DNA of 64,000 bases from Aulosira sp. ZfuVER01 (GTDB lineage Bacteria; Cyanobacteriota; Cyanobacteriia; Cyanobacteriales; Nostocaceae), in assembly GCA_034530615.2 (NCBI GenBank), contig JAVRCV020000041.1, positions 128,001 to 192,000 of the forward strand, read 5' to 3'. The notes under the pieces were generated by a model, which did not search any database, had not been told where the DNA came from, and worked only from the letters and a program-made list of their open reading frames with translations. Shown in pieces: positions 62,676 to 64,000 of this stretch. Numbering within the stretch: position 1 is the stretch's first letter; each line of letters opens with the position of its first letter. Both the position numbers and the translations under genes were made by a program.

Positions 62676-63998
62676 CTACCCTCTGCCTTTTTGCGGTAAA
62701 TAACGAATAACTTCTGCAACCGACCAAGCTTGAGCGATCGCCCCTTTGGGTTGATGGGGTGCGTCGCCATCGAAAATTTCAGAAATTGACCCAATACAAG
62801 CATCATACAAGAAATGTTCTAGTAGGGGTTGCCAATCAAAAGGCGGTGGTGTTTCTGGATGAAAACGCTGCCAAGCACGAATAAACGGGCCAATCAGCCA
62901 ACTCCAAACAGTACCTTGGTGATAGGCGCGATCGCGCTTCTCTGGAGCGCCTTGGTATTTACCGATATATTGGGGATCGGCTGGATCGAGGCTGCGCAGT
63001 CCATAGGGGGTGAGCAACCTGGAAGTTGCTACTGCAAGTACTTGACGCCCTTGTTCTGGTGAAAACCCACAATGATGTAGGGATAGAGCGAAAACTGCGT
63101 TGGGGCGAATTTGGGAATTACGGCGATCGTCCAGCTCGATGGTGTCGTATAAGTAGCAGAGTTTGGGATTCCAAAATTTTTGTAGCGAATCTTTGACCTG
63201 TTGTGCTTGCTGGGCGTAACGCTGTGCTTGCTTTGCCAGACGTTCTGAGGAATTGCTATCTGGAATTTGGCTTAATTTTTCTGCCCATTGACTTAGCCAA
63301 CACAAGGCAGAATACCACAGGGCATTAATTTCCACTGGCTTACCGAGGCGAGGAGTCACAGGCTCCCCTCCCACTAGTGCATCCATCCAGGTCAAGGCTA
63401 CATTACGAGCATTCCAACTCACCAGCCAATCAGTAGCATCAACATGAATATTGTAGCGAGTGCCACTTACAAATGCTTTATGGATTTGCTGCACTACAGG
63501 GAATTGCTCTGCCAAAAACTCCCAGTCTTGCGTAGCTTGCAAATAAAGGCCTAGAGTTTCAATCCACAACAGTGCAGCATCAATACTGTTGTAAAAAGGC
63601 TCACCACCAACATCAGGAAAGGCATTTGGAATCAGACCTTGGCGACAGTAATGCCCAAAAGTTCGCAATAGCCCTTTTGCCAGTTCAAAGCGTTGCGGAA
63701 CTAGTGCTAACCCAGGTAAAGCAATTAAAGTATCGCGCCCCCAATCATTAAACCAATGATAACCAGCAATCACAGTCGGCCCGGCAATTGAGGCTCGGTA
63801 GACAATAAAGCGATCGCTGGCTTTTAATAATTGCTGCCAAATTAAGGATTGGGCATGGGGGAGCCACTGCGTTGGACGGGTTTCCCGGCTTGAAGCAAGT
63901 GGCGTCATTGGGCATGGGGCATTAGTTTGTTTACCGTCTTCCCAATTTTGAATTTTGAATTTTGAATTTTGAATTGGTATGTCCTCCTCATCCCCTCG
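62676..63998 (-). CDS. Glycogen debranching enzyme (amylo-alpha-1,6-glucosidase family), 5' part outside the window
   Basis: IAGYHWFNDWGRDT, TWMDA, YHQGTVW, SEIFDG, QAWSVAE; the frame stays open from 63908 to the window edge. Confidence 0.92.
   Translation of the reverse strand, partial: RGDEEDIPIQNSKFKIQNWEDGKQTNAPCPMTPLASSRETRPTQWLPHAQSLIWQQLLKASDRFIVYRASIAGPTVIAGYHWFNDWGRDTLIALPGLALVPQRFELAKGLLRTFGHYCRQGLIPNAFPDVGGEPFYNSIDAALLWIETLGLYLQATQDWEFLAEQFPVVQQIHKAFVSGTRYNIHVDATDWLVSWNARNVALTWMDALVGGEPVTPRLGKPVEINALWYSALCWLSQWAEKLSQIPDSNSSERLAKQAQRYAQQAQQVKDSLQKFWNPKLCYLYDTIELDDRRNSQIRPNAVFALSLHHCGFSPEQGRQVLAVATSRLLTPYGLRSLDPADPQYIGKYQGAPEKRDRAYHQGTVWSWLIGPFIRAWQRFHPETPPPFDWQPLLEHFLYDACIGSISEIFDGDAPHQPKGAIAQAWSVAEVIRYLPQKGRG
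63861..63905 (-). repeat. 45-bp small dispersed repeat inserted in frame in the debranching enzyme gene
   Basis: Reverse complement ACGCCACTTGCTTCAAGCCGGGAAACCCGTCCAACGCAGTGGCTC, flanked by TGGGCAT heptamers. Confidence 0.75.
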
Positions 63999-64000
63999 AT

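Noticed and set aside
1..64000. High density of GCGATCGC
   Set aside because: Ordinary cyanobacterial HIP1; useful only as a taxonomic and amelioration marker.

Overview
Chromosomal window from a heterocyst-forming cyanobacterium (Nostocales-like): it is AT-rich and has abundant HIP1 GCGATCGC, heptamer STRR tracts, psbY, a CcmK-type shell gene and pilMNOQ. Housekeeping genes (sdhA, folC, map, psbY, glycogen debranching enzyme, M16 peptidase) alternate with accessory blocks. Three blocks stand out. (1) At 35.3-43.7 kb (-) is a six-gene operon of actinobacterial type: coiled-coil protein, PknG-like kinase, PP2C, VWA, FHA and a GlnX-like membrane protein, with an internal 21-bp tandem array and a Uma2 remnant at its edge. 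(2) At 3.8-12.6 kb (+) is a signalling cluster (SpoIIE phosphatase, AEC transporter, dCache hybrid kinase, GAF protein, response regulator) that embeds a phosphosulfolactate synthase and a VOC protein. (3) At 17.1-19.5 kb is a UbiA-fold protein with terpene-cyclase-type motifs paired with a CYP110-like P450. Also seen: a candidate structured ncRNA at about 96-325, a SigJ-type promoter box, and small mobile repeats inserted in frame in genes. All family calls come from motif recognition by eye, and no searches were run.
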